DNA of 64,000 nt from Klebsormidium nitens (GCA_000708835.1 DF237069.1:124377-188376); one strand, 5' to 3'; shown: positions 24,083 to 43,128, numbered from the stretch's first letter. The notes: generated by a model not told the origin, from the letters alone. Made by a program: numbers and translations.

Positions 24083-25295
24083 TCTTAACGCTTACTCAGC
24101 TCAGTGTCAAAGCAACTTGTACACTAGAAACTCGCTCAGGAGCAGTTTGCTCTTGGATGTGTATAAATGTAAACAGTGTTTGGTTTGGCAGTGTGCATCT
24201 AGGCAGGTTGACTGTGTTTGTGTTTGAAGGCTGACAAAGGTTTGCCTAATTTCGTGTCATATCTGGCGCCTCACTCAACTTTGCGCTCAACAATCACCGT
24301 TTTGGTTATTGCGGCCGCAGGACCGCAGCTGAAGTCAATAGGGGTTCGATGGTCTCTTTTCACAGTGACGCCGTAGCCAGTGCGCGGCCATATAGGCTTC
24401 TCATGGCATACAATGTGTATGATTGTTCTGTTGCCGATGCTTAGCTACCTAGAATGATCCTTCTCGATTGGACGAAGTGGAAGTATAGAGTCTACTTCTT
24501 CAGCACACGTATACAAAAATGGTTGCTTCAACGAAGTATACGGCGGGGTCTTGCGCGACTGCAGATCAACCATTTCATGAGTTCTTCCCTAACCGTCCAT
24601 TTGATTGACGCACATGTGGTGCTTGCAAATCTGGTGCTTGGCCCGACGGTTCATGAAATCGAAGTGACAACTACCTGTGGATTTCCTAGATCATTCTTAT
24701 ACTAAGATGGACGAACCAGTGTATGTGGCCGTGGCTATAGGTATCTTCAAAGGTACATAGCACGTACGCTTGTGGACGATCTGAACCGTCCTGACTCATG
24801 GGCTACCCGGATATGAGGGCGGACCTGTCTAGTGCAATTCCGTCCCAGTCCAAGCTGTCGGATCATTGTAAGTTGGGGACAGAGACGTACGATGTCGGAC
24901 GTCCGGATCAATCAAGGGCCCCATCTGCACCGCGTGTACTAAGACCCGTACATGGATGTAATACTAAGCGGCCGTCGGATGCCAGCTATGCCAACTTCAT
25001 TCCATATCACAGGCCACGACAGAGGGCTAATTGCAGTCTCCTATGATTACCGTTGAGTATATTCGACAGCCTTGCTTGCCTGTCCGAATGCAAGATTGGA
25101 CCCTCGGCCAAAAATCTTCTCAGTACTCGGCCTGCAAAGCATTGCAGTGGCCCCCAAACCCACATGTTGCGCGTCCGGGTCCCTCAGCAAAGATTCACAT
25201 CATCCGTCCCTTACTTTGGCAAATGGGTGAAAGCCGCCTGAAATTCGAACTCCTGAGCAATTATTGTCGAGAGCCGGATCGCTTTATTGAGCAGC

Positions 25296-27677
25296 TTAAC
25301 CCGCTGCGGCCTTGATCTCGCCGGCTATAGACTCCGCTAAGGTGTCAACTGTGTAATTCTTTCCAAAGAATTTGACAAACTCCATGTTCGGGTCCATAAG
25401 ATACCTGCACAAATACGAAAGGTGAGTCAGCATGTGCATCGACCTTCCACCGAGTCATGAGCAGATATCTGCAACCTCCTTTTAAGGCGTAATGAAGTGT
25501 AAAAGAGTGGAGGCTTCACAAAAACCTCTGGTCCGGTTTATCCACAGCTCATGACATCAGGCGAGGCAGACAAGTCTGCGCGTGGCTTTGAAACTCACTG
25601 GATGATTGAATGGTCGACCAGGTAGTCGTCTCCTTCCTCCTCCGTCTTCATGTAGTATACCCGGTATGCTTTGGCAGCCTGCTTGACCGCTTCAGCACTT
25701 CCAGTAAGCCCCACGAGACGGGGGTGGAACTCTGGAGAAAGGGCGCAGCCTCAATCATTTCCAGACCGACACACAGATATCTGGACACGTCAAGTCGAGA
25801 TCCTGAACACGCATGCCCTGAGCACTGTACAGGTGTAGGACAAAGACAAGGGACAAAACAAACCCTTCCCAGAATTGTGTCTGCAAACTGCTAGAACTAA
25901 ACGCGATCTAAATCACGGCAGCGGCATTCGAAAGTCGTGGTCCTTACCTTTGACATATCGCCCCACTTGTTCCACGTTATCTCGTTCTGGATCAACTGAG
26001 ATGAAGATAGGGACGACCTTGACACCGATGTTTGTCTCCACCTGTGGAAAAACGTAAGGTCAATACCCAGACATAACCAGGAGCTTCGTGCAACTTGTCG
26101 ACTCCCGTTCGGATCCAATAATACGATAAAAACTTTAGCTGGAAGAAGCACACGCCTTCTGGAGATCAACCGCTGGTCATCGACCAAACAACTTAAAGTG
26201 TATAGACATCCCAGCCCTCAGCCCTCAGCCCTCAAGTTCCGCAGTGCCCGGGACTGGCTCCTCACCTTGTCGATAGCCTCTGCCATCTTCTTCAACTCGT
26301 CAGGACAGATGTCCGGGCAGAAGGTGAAGCCAAAGTAGACCAGGTTCCAGTTCCCCTTGAAGTCCTTGTCCGTCACCTTCTTCCCATCCTGGTTCACGAG
26401 CTCAAACGCACCGCCAATTGCTGCCTTCCCGACGGACGGACCCTGTTTGACCGTTTCCAGCTTCCGTCGCTTCTCTCGATCATAGAACGCCAGCAGGCCC
26501 GCTCCTGTGATCAGCAGCAGGGCGAGGCTCCCCCAGGACACCGGCTGCAAGAGGGACAGCCGGTTGCTATTTCCACATCCAGAGAAACAATCTCACCCAG
26601 CCCTCTGCCATGACTCATGTGGGTTTTCCTGCTTGGATAAAGTAGATTGGGAGTTGAAGTATGTCAGTCAGTCGCAGAGTATGCTAGCATGTCAGTCAGA
26701 GTGAAGGCAAACGTTTTCAGCAAGACTGGTCCCCCAAAACGGAGTAGGAGGATGGGGCTGTTGAGATAGGAAAGATCCTGGATAAGGGGGCTAGCCTAGA
26801 GAACCAAACAGAGCATTTGAGCCCAAACATCTTACTTGATTGTCTGATGATTATCAATTTGAAACTTTCAAGGCCTGTGCACCAACTGATGCTAAAATCC
26901 CGCATCACCATGCGGCGTTATCTGCAAGCCCGGACCTCCATCTAACATGTCAACAAGTGTTACTGCTACTGAGCAAAAGATCTTCTGTTGGAACCTGTGT
27001 TTGATTGGAACCACGGTGGATCATGAACTATTCCTCTATGTGACCAGAGGAAAAACGTTGATTGTCAGCACCCTTCCAGGAGTATGAAGTCAAAATGTCG
27101 CTCAAGATCTGCCTCGGACGAGCATCTCTACGACGGACAAAACAAACGCACCACCACACCATCAATCACAAAAGTAGGCCCAGATAGCAGAGCAGTGATA
27201 ACCTTTCGCAAGTGCATCCTTCGTGACCTGGTTTGCAGCTCCAGCTTTACTGCTTACCCCTGACATTCTTCCCTTCCGCATAGCCACTGTAGCAGCTGGC
27301 GTCTGTTCTCCTGACGTACTGGCTGCTGCCTCCGGTATAGGCTTATCTTTGCCGGCCTCCTTTGCTGCGGCCCCGCTCTCCTCAGCCGCAGCTTTCAGAG
27401 TCGGAGACGATGTGAACCGCCGCAGCATTTGCAATGGGTTCTGCGGCTGTTGCTGAACAGTAATAGTTTCCCATGCTGCGAAGCCATTGGCACTGTTTGC
27501 AAGTGTTCGTCCTGAAAAAGTGCTGAAGTGATTGCTGATCCGTGCTGGCGCTGCCGTGCCTGCTTGCAGGGCCACGCCGAGATCTGGGCCTACGTGTTTC
27601 CACATTGCCTGCAAGTGCCATGTCTGCCGTTCCAAATGCTGCAGAACCTTGTGCAATTTAAACAGCTTCTGAGCCAT
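25296..27677 (-). CDS. SCO1: Mitochondrial copper chaperone SCO1 (HCC1-like)
   Basis: Exons 27677-27203 (presequence-like), 26544-26266, 26041-25948, 25731-25599 and 25404-25296; a small exon may lie between the first two. Motifs [14 protein letters not shown] (TM), [29 protein letters not shown] (CxxxC), [18 protein letters not shown] (Cu-ligand His), [17 protein letters not shown]. Confidence 0.95.
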
Positions 27678-27900
27678 CGGTTTCCGAGAAGAAGCTCCTT
27701 TTGCGCCACCACTGCCAATCACTGTGATCACACAGAGTCAGAGTGATCTTGACGAAGACGCAATTCGTGCCTGGACCTCCTCCTCTGACCTTGCCACCTG
27801 GACTAGGTCCTAGTCCAGCAAGAAAAGCAAGGGACAGCTTTCAAGTTTCATAGTAATTCATACGAGGAAGTTCGCTGTTCAAAATCCTCTGGCATATATA

Positions 27901-28223
27901 CCGTAGAGCGCCCAAAACCGGATCACGTACCATTAGTGGATCACCTCCGCCCTAAACTGGACCTATCTTGATCCAGTCTCGTATTTCCAACTGTACTAAA
28001 CTGGATCAGCTCTTTTGTGCGGAAAACCGAGGTTGTTGACTCCAGAGCACCTCCAGAGCATGACCTAGAGTTGGTCAAATCTGGATCCAAGTGCATCGGC
28101 AGATAGCCTTTGAAAAACCTGGATATATGGAGAAAACCGCACTTTAAAATCGTATATTCGTTAAAAAATATTGCAGATAAGCGGTACGAAAAATAAGGTG
28201 ATCCAGTAATGGGCGCTCTACGG
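27901..28223. mobile_element. Tc1/mariner-type MITE (323 bp, TA TSD)
   Basis: Perfect 14-bp terminal inverted repeat ccgtagagcgccca / tgggcgctctacgg, extending imperfectly to about 28 bp (ggatcac core). TA flanks at 27899-27900 and 28224-28225. Internal tggatc/gatcca repeats; no coding capacity. Confidence 0.78.
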
Positions 28224-28646
28224 TAATAGATAGGTGGCGTTTGCATCAAAAATTGTCTCAATTATTGTGCAAGGCCTCTGCCCAACACAGAATCCGATCC
28301 GAGGTGGCTGGTGCTATGGTTGGCCGACCGGGCCGCGTTTCAATAAACCTCCTATCGAAATGGGTTAAGGAGCGCAAACCCAGTCCGATCCTGCCGGTGG
28401 GTTCGACGCAAGCCGGTCACCTGCCGAAACCTTCTACGAAGACTCTCGAACCAAGTGCCGTTTTCTGAAATGGACTCTGTCAACTTCCTGGAACCTCCGA
28501 GTCCAGGGAATTTGCAGCGGCAGGCCGCTCAGCTACTACTAGCTGCATGTTCTGATATTTATGTGAAAGTCCAACTTGGACACACCAGTAGTGCATTTAT
28601 GGGTCCTGGGTGGCTGCAAAGACTGAAGAGCTGGCGGGCACTCAAC

Positions 28647-29657
28647 ATGGCGGGTGTTAACAACGGTGTGCCTGCTGGAGAACAAGGTCTGCCAGGGCAA
28701 GCAGCGGTACCCAGCGAGGCCGGTCCAGAAAGGGCACAGGCAGGTGGCGGCGCCACTGGAGGGGAAAGCAACATAGTGTTCAAAAAGAAGGCACCCAGCA
28801 AAAACGTGAGGAGGAGAGCTCGCGATGATGGTGACGATGATGATGCAGCTGGGGGAGCGTCGGCGGTAGTAAAGAAAAGCAGCAAGCAGCCACGTTGGGA
28901 GAAGGACGCTGGGACTCCCGATGAAGCTGGCGCGCAGAAGAAGGCCGGGTTTGTGTTTGATTCGAGCCGGCAGGTCCAAGTGGTAGGGGATGCAGGGGCC
29001 ACGAGGACCAACGAAATGGAGACGGAGTTTGATAAGGATGGGCGGGCGCTGAGAGAGCAGCAGCTGAAGAAAGCAGGGCAAGGGAAAGAGGTCGATGATA
29101 AGGTGTACAGGGGTATGAATGCCTACACAGATCATCGAGCAGGGTTCCGGAGGGAGCATACGATAGCGGGTGAGAAAGGTGGAGGGGCGCATGGGCCATT
29201 GCGGGCGTCTGCGCATCTTCGGGCGTCGGTCAGGTTTGACTACCAGCCTGACCTGTGTAAGGACTACAAGGAGACAGGATACTGCGGATTCGGGGACGCG
29301 TGCAAGTTCATGCACGATAGAGGGGATTACAAGTCGGGGTGGCAAATGGAAAAAGAGTGGGATGAGAAGGAGAAGTTGAGAAAGGCGAGGTTGGCACAAG
29401 GAGTTGAGGAGGAACAAGAGGACGACGACGAGGATAGTGATGAGGATGCCTTGCCATTTGCTTGCTTTATCTGCCGGCAGCCTTTCAAGGATCCTGTGGT
29501 AACTAAGTGCGGGCACTATTTCTGTGAACATTGCGCTTTAAAGCATAATTCGAAAACAAAGAACTGCTATGTTTGCGAAAAGCCGACGGGGGGAGTGTTT
29601 AACACCGCACATGAGATCATTAAAAAGATGAAAGAAGAAAAGACTAAAGTAGGATAG
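28647..29657 (+). CDS. CWC24: RNF113A/CWC24 spliceosomal CCCH zinc finger + RING protein
   Basis: Single-exon ORF (open from 28455; likely ATG 28647). [51 protein letters not shown] (CCCH) and [30 protein letters not shown]...CYVC (RING). Confidence 0.96.
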   Translation: MAGVNNGVPAGEQGLPGQAAVPSEAGPERAQAGGGATGGESNIVFKKKAPSKNVRRRARDDGDDDDAAGGASAVVKKSSKQPRWEKDAGTPDEAGAQKKAGFVFDSSRQVQVVGDAGATRTNEMETEFDKDGRALREQQLKKAGQGKEVDDKVYRGMNAYTDHRAGFRREHTIAGEKGGGAHGPLRASAHLRASVRFDYQPDLCKDYKETGYCGFGDACKFMHDRGDYKSGWQMEKEWDEKEKLRKARLAQGVEEEQEDDDEDSDEDALPFACFICRQPFKDPVVTKCGHYFCEHCALKHNSKTKNCYVCEKPTGGVFNTAHEIIKKMKEEKTKVG

Positions 29658-30147
29658 TAGGCCCGCTTTGTGTAAGCCTGCTGCAGCAGGAAGACCTTAT
29701 CTACCTGAGAAAGGTGCATCAAGCATCCTTTCAGATGCTCCAAACAGTCGCCAGATCATGTCTTCTTTGTTACAAAACACAACCAACCGTTCCTGCTCTC
29801 GGAAGCAATCTATCACTGGTTTGACATAATTGCTTGTTGGTCTGCATTTCGTTTTAATTAATCTATGATCCTCGAGCATCAGTCGTTGAGCTGCAACATG
29901 AGTTGAGTTATTATTGCAAAGCTCGATGCATGGCATGTGTCACTTATAGGTGGTTGGCCACCGGTGACATATGTACAGGCAGCTCGTCGGCCAGCTTTAG
30001 TATCCCTAGCTGTTCATGATTGCGTGCTCTTCTAACCCAAGCTTCGATGAAAGATATCCAGCACATGGTCCACCAATTGCTTAACCAGCTGATTCATTTC
30101 GACAGAAGCTCCTACACCGCCTAGGATCGATCATGCACACGCAAACT

Positions 30148-30397
30148 TGTTGAGCAATTGCATGTTTATCTGCAGGAACAATTGTTTTGCAGAATTGGTA
30201 TGAATTCTGCAATTGACAGATTGGTTCTAGCTGTCTGACAGTCCCTACCGTCATCATGGCATGTAGGTATATCACATGTTGAGCAATTAAAAGTTCGATA
30301 AGCAGGAAAATTTGTTCCAGAATTGGTATGATTTTTGCAATTGACAGCTGATTGGTTCTGTCTGACAGTCCCTACCGTCATCATGGTAAATATCACA
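30148..30397. repeat. Diverged tandem duplication, unit about 125 bp x2
   Basis: Units start tgttgagcaatt at 30148 and 30277. Both contain agaattggtatga...tgcaattgacag, gattggttct and the identical tgtctgacagtccctaccgtcatcatgg. Confidence 0.85.
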
Positions 30398-30614
30398 AGA
30401 AACACGATCCATTTTTGTGTGTTTGGGTCATGCATAAAAGTCGCAAACGGATCCTTCGCTGTTGCTAGCAAGTGAAGAAGAGCAAGTGAAGATCCCCTCA
30501 AATCCGACACCAATTATTCACATCTTGACAACCCCGCACATTCCACCTTCCAAAATCCCCAATCTTCTGCTGACGGATTATCACCTTTCAATCCCGCTCT
30601 TCTGGGCGGCTTCC

Positions 30615-35946
<5,332 letters not shown>

Positions 35947-37299
35947 AGTGCCAATAGCAAAAACTCATACACCTTTTCGTGATGCATTAAATTTACAGCA
36001 AGTTGAAAGTGGACCTTGGAATGCTTGAAGCGATGTCGTGAAACTTGGAAGTGGACCTCGTTAGCTCGGTAATTACTGACAAAGTCAGTACCGAGCTGTC
36101 GCAATCGACCCCGGGGTTTCCGAAAAGGGGGAAGTGGCGATGCAGACTGGATCACTCTATTAAGCCCGGTTCGGCCCGTCGAACGTAGAATTCAGTGATT
36201 CACGGTCTGATTTTGCAGACCCCCATTTTCGACGGGTTTTGAGGTTCGATGCTTCGCAAAACTTTTTTCTAGGGGTTAAACCCTGAACCCTGCACGTGCC
36301 TGTCGGGTCTGCATCGCCCGACTACCGACAGAGCCGCGCGGCCGGCCGTTCTCTGAATCGCGCCCGCCAGAAGTCGTAACGGGAATAAGCTTAAGATTTA
36401 TCATAGCTTATCAGGAGCACACGCAATCTGACGTACGTATTTGATGCTCGCACGATCGATTATACAATTGTTTGCGGTGGATGGTTATAGTACGTGTAAA
36501 GCGTATGTTTGCAGGTCTTATAAACTACCGGTATTTCATGCGTCTGAAGACTGAAGTGGCTTTCTTATACTATTTGTATGATTCAGCTGTTTTCGAATGG
36601 ATTGAAATTTGAAATGATATCGCCTCATCGTAAACCAAGCGATTGCAGCGTTTCGCTGCCTACATTTTTTTAATTTTGTTTCAACATTCGCCCTACCCTA
36701 TAGGGCCAGGCGGAATTCACGGGTTACAAACCCAGTTATACGTTCAAATGTTCGTTTTTCCTGCCCATTCGAACGCCGTTTCAAACCCATCTGACTGCTG
36801 CCAGTCGCTACAACTCAGGAGTCTGAGGACATCCTAGGTGGCGACCATTGCTTTGATTACAGATGAAATGTTAGGGTAGCGGTAGTACCAGGAATATGGC
36901 CGAATATACTGGTTTACAGTAAGAACACGGTATTTGTGCAGACTAGTAGTAATAGCGAAGTGAGCAAAGCAGCACTGGTGAAGCCGCAGTCGCGACTCGC
37001 ACCATGGCAGCACAGGCTTGAAGGAAACTCTCCATGCTGCTTAAACTTATTAAGTGCTTTCAAAGTTGGTCCCGACTCCCACTCCAGCTGGCCTCATTGT
37101 CCACTAGCTGTCCTTCGAGTGGCTCCATACTTTGTCGTCCTCTGATCCTGGTCCAGGATGTGGCGGGCTTGAAACAATGCAGAACGTTGACTGAGAAAGC
37201 AATGTGATTGCTGCCAGGCGAGCTGCTGTGACATTCGAAAGGAGGATAAAGAGAGCGCATTGCCTGCCGACGTTGTTAGCGGAGGGCTCCTCAGAAAAG

Positions 37300-40200
37300 A
37301 TGGTCGCAGCCTCGACCTCGCAGTCAGTGCTACGGAGCTGGCAGGTCGGGAATCCCTCTGTGCCCCGCTCAAAGGCAAATGCGGCACACGTCAGCAAAAT
37401 TTGCTGCATCCTCAAAAAGGCCAATGCAAGCCAGCCCTTCGGCTTCCAGAACCCCACAGGCCTTCCCCACTCTCTGGCTACCCGCAGCCACTGCCATCTC
37501 CGGCGTGAGTCTTTCCATGTCAGGTGCTCGAATGCCGCCGAAGCTGTGGCTGCAAAGCAACATCCGGCCAAGAAGCACCATGACAAGAGGCATGAACACC
37601 ACAAGGCCACCGAGGACGTCGGTATCATTGAGTGGTTGAAGGAAAATGGGGCGGAGCAGCCACAGGTTGCTTTGAAGGACAAGAAGGTCCATGGGCAAAA
37701 CGAGCGCCCTATTCATGTCCTTGTGGCAGCAGAGGACCTGAAAGTAAGTCAGGATTGGCACATTCTTTGAGTCGCCAAGGTTTCCAGCCCCTTCAGGGGT
37801 GTTGCATTTCGAGCACCCCCACGCAGCAGCAACAAGTGACGCGTTCAGTGCAATTGGAGAAACCAATTCGTGCGAGCCAGTCACTCAGCTAGGCTCGCTT
37901 GGCACAAATCTTCTCGACGGCAGCCTCGCAACTTTGATTGCACTGTATGACATTCACTACATGCATCAGGGTGTGTAAGGCAACCCAGCTAAGTCTGGAC
38001 CTGGACCAAGGAAACATAATTGGGTTTGCCTTGATTCCAGGCCGGCCACAAGGCGCTGTCCATTCCGGACAATCTGGTCGTCACACTTGAACGCGTGCTT
38101 GGCGATGAGAACGTTGGTAAGTAAGCCTGTATGTATTGGCTCAACTTCTGCACGAAATGTGGCAAGCACAATGCTGTTTCTTCTTTCTACTTAATAGTAA
38201 CAGACAGAGCATCTATCAGAACCTGTCGTGCAGAGCTCATGCGGTTGTAGTGAGTGGAGACGGGAACTTGTGGCAATCGAGGGACTGTGCTGCATTACAG
38301 AAGAGTAGGTAATCCAAGTTCCCAGCCTCTAGCAGAACACCACAGCAGCAGAGTTCTGAGCAGCATCAGGATCTCAACTAACACCATGTCACAAACAAGG
38401 ACTGTTGAAGAGTATTACGAATCTTCTGCAGCGGAGCTCCTGACAACCAACAAGCTGTCGGAGCTGGCGTGCTTGGCCCTGTACCTTATGTATGAGAAGA
38501 AGCGGGGGAGGGAGTCGTTCTGGTTCCCATTCATCCGGGAGCTGGACAGGCAGAGGGGACGGGGACAGGCGGCTGTCGAGTCGCCGCTGCTCTGGTCAAA
38601 GGACGAGGTCGACGCGTACTTGCAAGGGAGTCCAATGAAGGTGAAGGTGGCACGATTTGAGCCTGCATGATCCTACCACACTCTTCTCTTACACCAAGCA
38701 GACTATCAACTTTCTTTCCTGGCTTTCTCAATGTAACATTGCCGTGTGCACCAGTCGGCCTTACATCCTGAAGCCTGCTTCCTCCTGTGCAGCAAATTGT
38801 GGCGGAGCGGTTGATTGGCATCGAGCGGGAATACAACGAGTTGGACACAGTGTGGTTCATGGCGGGCAGCCTGTTCCAGGTGAGGGCTTCCGCTGAGCAC
38901 CTGGAACTACACTGCCCACTTTCGCTGTGCCCTCTGGAACTACACCGCCCACTGCACTGTTGTACAGAGGATCTGGCTTCCTTAATGGAAGATGGGGGAT
39001 GAGGTGTGACTTGCAACGAAAGAACCGAGAGTTGGACAGTAGACCTACCCTTGACTTCACTGTTTTAGGTTGGGTCTTGTTGAATACAGTACGCTTCCAC
39101 AAGAGCGGCATGGTTGTGCTTGGATGGTTGTGGAACCCAGCAATTAAGTCTTGCAGATATCTCATCCACGGCTGCTGATCCTGCTCTTGGCTATCTAACT
39201 GCAGGAGTACCCGTTTGACATCCCCACCGAGGCCTTTACCTTCCAGATCTTCAAGCAAGCGTTTGCTGCGGTCCAGGCGTCCGTAGTGCACCTGCAGGTA
39301 GTCCTCTAAGCTTCCTTCTCTAGTGCTCCAACATGCCCCTCCTTCCTTCGAGAGGTTTCCTTTGCTTGGGGTCAGAGTGCCTGAGCTAAGCGGTTCAATC
39401 AAAAGGGAAGATGCATAGGTAGGTCGCTTCCTTTAGCCTTCGACAAACCCCTGTCTGCCGTCCAGTCTTTCGTCCGTTTCGGCAGACAAACTCTTTCCTC
39501 CATCTGGGGGGCCTATTCCTTCGTATGCTGGTCTGTGACGTGTCCCCCGCTGCTACCAGGGCGTCAACCTGGCCAAGCGCTTTGCGTTGGTGCCGCTCGG
39601 CCCGCCGCTGACGTCGTACAAGAGCAATTGCCGGGCAATGCTCAAGGCGAACGCGGGGCACGTGGAGCTGGAGGTTGACCGGGACTACGAACAAGGGGAG
39701 CCCATCGTGGCCTGGTAAGTGGCCTCGACTAATTCGACTCCAATGCAAAAGCAGGGGCGTCGAGGGGCTTGTGGAGCCGAAAGCACGGGCGGGGTTGCTG
39801 GAGGATAGAGTCGTTCTGGCCGTGCTGGCTTCGATGGTTTGATAAAAAGTCGCCCGCCGTCTTGGACGCTCAAAGAAACCGTTCAACGAGTGTTGTCAGT
39901 CCAGCGACCACTTTTGCACTTGGCCCTCGCTCAAACCGTTCTCTCGGTATGACACCATTCGGTGCGCTGGAGCTGACACTCGGTTGCTCGCACGCAGGTG
40001 CGGGCCGCAGCCCAACGTGAAGCTGTTCTTGAACTACGGCTTTGTGGACGAGGATAACCCGTACGATCGGCTCACTGTGGAGGTAACGATCCAGCACAGC
40101 CGCTCATTCATTCTGGAGGTTGTTTGTTCTTGCGAGCAGATTACGATAGATGCCGCTGACAGTTGGGCCAACTTCATCTGCGATTGAGGGCACTGTTACC

Positions 40201-41830
40201 TTCCGACGGCCGCCGTATGATTAAAACGTGCCATGTCATAGCGTCTAGTTCGAAAAGAAGACCAGCAATCTTCGGGTAGGGGCTTCACTTTGGCTTGGCG
40301 CCTTTCCTGAAGGAACTTGCCGCTCCGGCCTCAGGTCTCCCAAGTGCTTTCGCGTCCGTTAAATCCCGACCATGTCCTACTTGACAAGCAGCTGTTTCGC
40401 TAACTGGCCCCTGAGAAAGGCGCCGAAGCCGGTCTTAACTGAGGTCAAGGGTCGCGGTGCAGGCCGCTCTCGACACCAAGGATCCGCTGTACCAGCAGAA
40501 GAAGGCCATCGTGCAGAAGAACGAGAAGATGCGCGTGCAGGCTTTCCAGGTGCGGCCTCTCTGTCTTGACCATTCTGCGCCACTTGGTGATTTTAGCGAC
40601 ACCTTTGAACCGCGGAGGAGCAGATGTGGACAGCGAAATTGCTCTTCACTCGTCCTCACCTCGACTGCTGCCGATTCGTTCTCACCACGGAGAATCACAT
40701 CTTGGTTTCGTAGGCATCCGTGTCGTGTTTTTCGAACATTACGAACATGTCATGGGATGCGCCATGCTGTGAGCTAAACCCCAGACGGGTCCGGCCCGGC
40801 AAAGTCTGACGGAAACTGTTCCCGTGTCGATCGCTGTTCAGATCTACCGCAACAAGGAGATGGCTGCGGTGTACGAGATGTTGCCGTACGTCCGCTTGGC
40901 GCACGTGGTCGAAGAGGAGGCGCTGGAGGACGTCATCTTCGCCAAGGGGCCCATCTGCCCCGTGAGTCGGCCGCCCCTCTCTTAAAGACGCGCGAAAATG
41001 CATCGCCTTAAGCTGGTGTAGTGTTCCAGAGCTCTCTTCCACATCTGTCTTCCGAAGTGGTGACATGGAATCACCTGCCAGACACGTGCGAATGAATCCT
41101 CCCAGGCTGAGCTGTACTCCAAAGAAAGAAGAGCGGAAGCGCAATCTAAAGCTGATCTGTTTGCGAGCTAGACAAAGAGGGCCAGGGGAGGCTCAGAGAG
41201 GTTTGCCAAATTGTTCGTGATGACGAGGGGCCGACCCGGAGTTGCCGCTTGCTCTCATATTTGCAGGTTCCTATTGTGGCTGCGGGAGGGCCTTTCTTTG
41301 ATGCGCATCTGGTTGCGAAGACGGGTATCCTGCTGTTGTCACACTCGTTCCGACTCGTGCTTAGGAGCAGATTTAGAAACATAGGGTAAGCATGACCATG
41401 TGTGCTGTGGTTCAGGTGAGCCCCTGCAACGAGAGGGCCGTGTTGAACCAGATTCGGGATTATACCGTTGAGCGCATGGCAGGCTACGCCACGACCATCG
41501 AGGAGGACAACAAAGTGGTAAGCCCCCTCCTGCATTCTTAATTGTTGCTACTTCGACTCTTGTATTTGTTACCTGTTGGCTTATGTGAGATCTATTGAGA
41601 ATAGCTTGCAATTTGATGTGCTGGCATTGGTTTTGATCTCAAGCTGGGAATTGCATGTACAGATTGGGGACGACAAAGCACCTCCAAAGAAGCGAGTCGC
41701 CTCGAAGTTACTAAAGCTAGAAAAGAAGATCCTCAGGAACTTCTTGGCAGCTGTCGACGAGTTGATTAACGAACTGCCAGATGGGTCGGATATCCCATGC
41801 CAGGGAGTGTTCCCCCCAATCTTTAAGTAG
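37300..41830 (+). CDS. SAFE1: Chloroplast SET-domain / Rubisco-LSMT substrate-binding protein, SAFE1 (At5g14260)-like
   Basis: Multi-exon. After a transit-peptide-like N-terminus: RPIHVLVAAEDLK, VVTLERVLGDE, AELLTTNKLSELACLALYLMYEKK, RELDRQRGRGQ...ESPLLWS, REYNELDTVWFMAGSLFQ, YPFDIPTEAF, FALVPLGPPL, GPQPNVKLFLNYGFVDEDNPYDRL, PKKRVASKLLKLEKKIL...PCQGVFPPIFK*. These follow the Arabidopsis protein as I recall it. Confidence 0.9.
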
Positions 41831-43128
41831 CATTGATCTGTCCATTGGTTTCTGAAAGGATCACATCCAACAGTTTGCTAACTTCCCAGAAGCCTCGGAA
41901 ATCATAGGGTGATACTGAGCCTGCAAAGTGCAGTGCTATACCATCTTTTTGGATTCCTGCATGAATTTGGTGTCATAGTAAGCTCTTGTGCCTATAGTAG
42001 TCAGCAATCTGGCTATATAGTGCTGTCTTACTTGCGAGTGCACCGATCATGCTGTGCCACATGTGCACGGAACTTCAATACCATGATGACCCCGTGAAGT
42101 ACGACACTGATGCACATGTGTGCGCAATTTGAATGACTGGTTGGAACATACCAGGCTAGCTTATCGCTGAATCCTACCATATGCTACTCGCCACGCATCA
42201 ATCGGAAGCTATGAGGTCAAAATTCGTAATATGCTCAGAAGCACATGCACATGTCCAACAACAGACGATCTCGACTTTGAGTGAAAATACAAGGTTGCGA
42301 TATTGGCATGCTATCTCACACTAGCTATGCGCAAACAGAGGGATGCATAAAGGCGTAAGACTTAGATTATGTTTTTTGCTTCGAGCAATCACCTGTCGTT
42401 TCACTGAAAACTACAGAGGAACTGGGCTGTAAAATCTTTCACTACTTACAAACAGGCTGAAGTGCGAGCTACGTGGATTGGTCCTATACTAGCTTATCCA
42501 TGTTTCGTCTAGGTAAAGTCAGCCAATCAAATTCCAGTGCTACGTAGTGAAACCTACAGTAAGTACATGTCCCCACAACTAACAATTTGATGCTATGTAC
42601 AGTATGCACAGCCTTTACAACAACTCCTCCCCCCCAATGCTTTCGATAAATTTCTACAGTTTATTGGTCTAAACAGCATTTACAAGTATGTACAACTGAC
42701 TATACAACCCTGACAGAATGTACAAGCACAGGGACCCCTTATGGGTAAGAAGTGCTTCTGTTTGGAAGCACTCGTTCAAAGCTCGACCTTTCAGCGGAGA
42801 GGAAGCATGTCTTATAGACTAGCAGCCACGAGTGACTCCGCGTTCACATATTCCTGCAAACATCACAGTTTGTCAATTTGAGCTGAAAAGTCTTAGAAGC
42901 AGCAACTACGTATTGAGCAATGCCCACCATAAAAGAAGTGCCCGTCTTTGCACTCAACGGATATATCAATCTACGCCAGAAACCCTGAGCCGAGAACGTA
43001 ATCAAGCATCACAAAGTCTGAACTCGGAATCAGAATTATATTTTCACTATGCCAGTCGGTGCAAAAGACCAGCTGCAAATAGCGGGGTTTAACTCTTCAC
43101 ATCCGGCCAAGCAATATGCGACCCTGCG

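Noticed and set aside
24300-25290. Region with recurring actaag, ggacg/cgtcc and ggctatag words suggesting a TE remnant
   Set aside because: No paired termini or TSD found; the outer ggctatag I first paired it with lies inside the SCO1 last exon.
28539-29531. 330-aa antisense ORF over CWC24, and similar long antisense or alternative-frame ORFs over GC-rich exons (e.g. 7786-8697, 33328-33933, 5808-6395)
   Set aside because: Shadow ORFs expected from GC-rich codon usage; no independent motifs.
36136-36318. 12-bp inverted repeat ggcgatgcagac / gtctgcatcgcc, with aaaccctgaaccctg inside, in the PRMT3-SAFE1 divergent gap
   Set aside because: No target-site duplication and the arms do not extend; could be an old MITE or chance.
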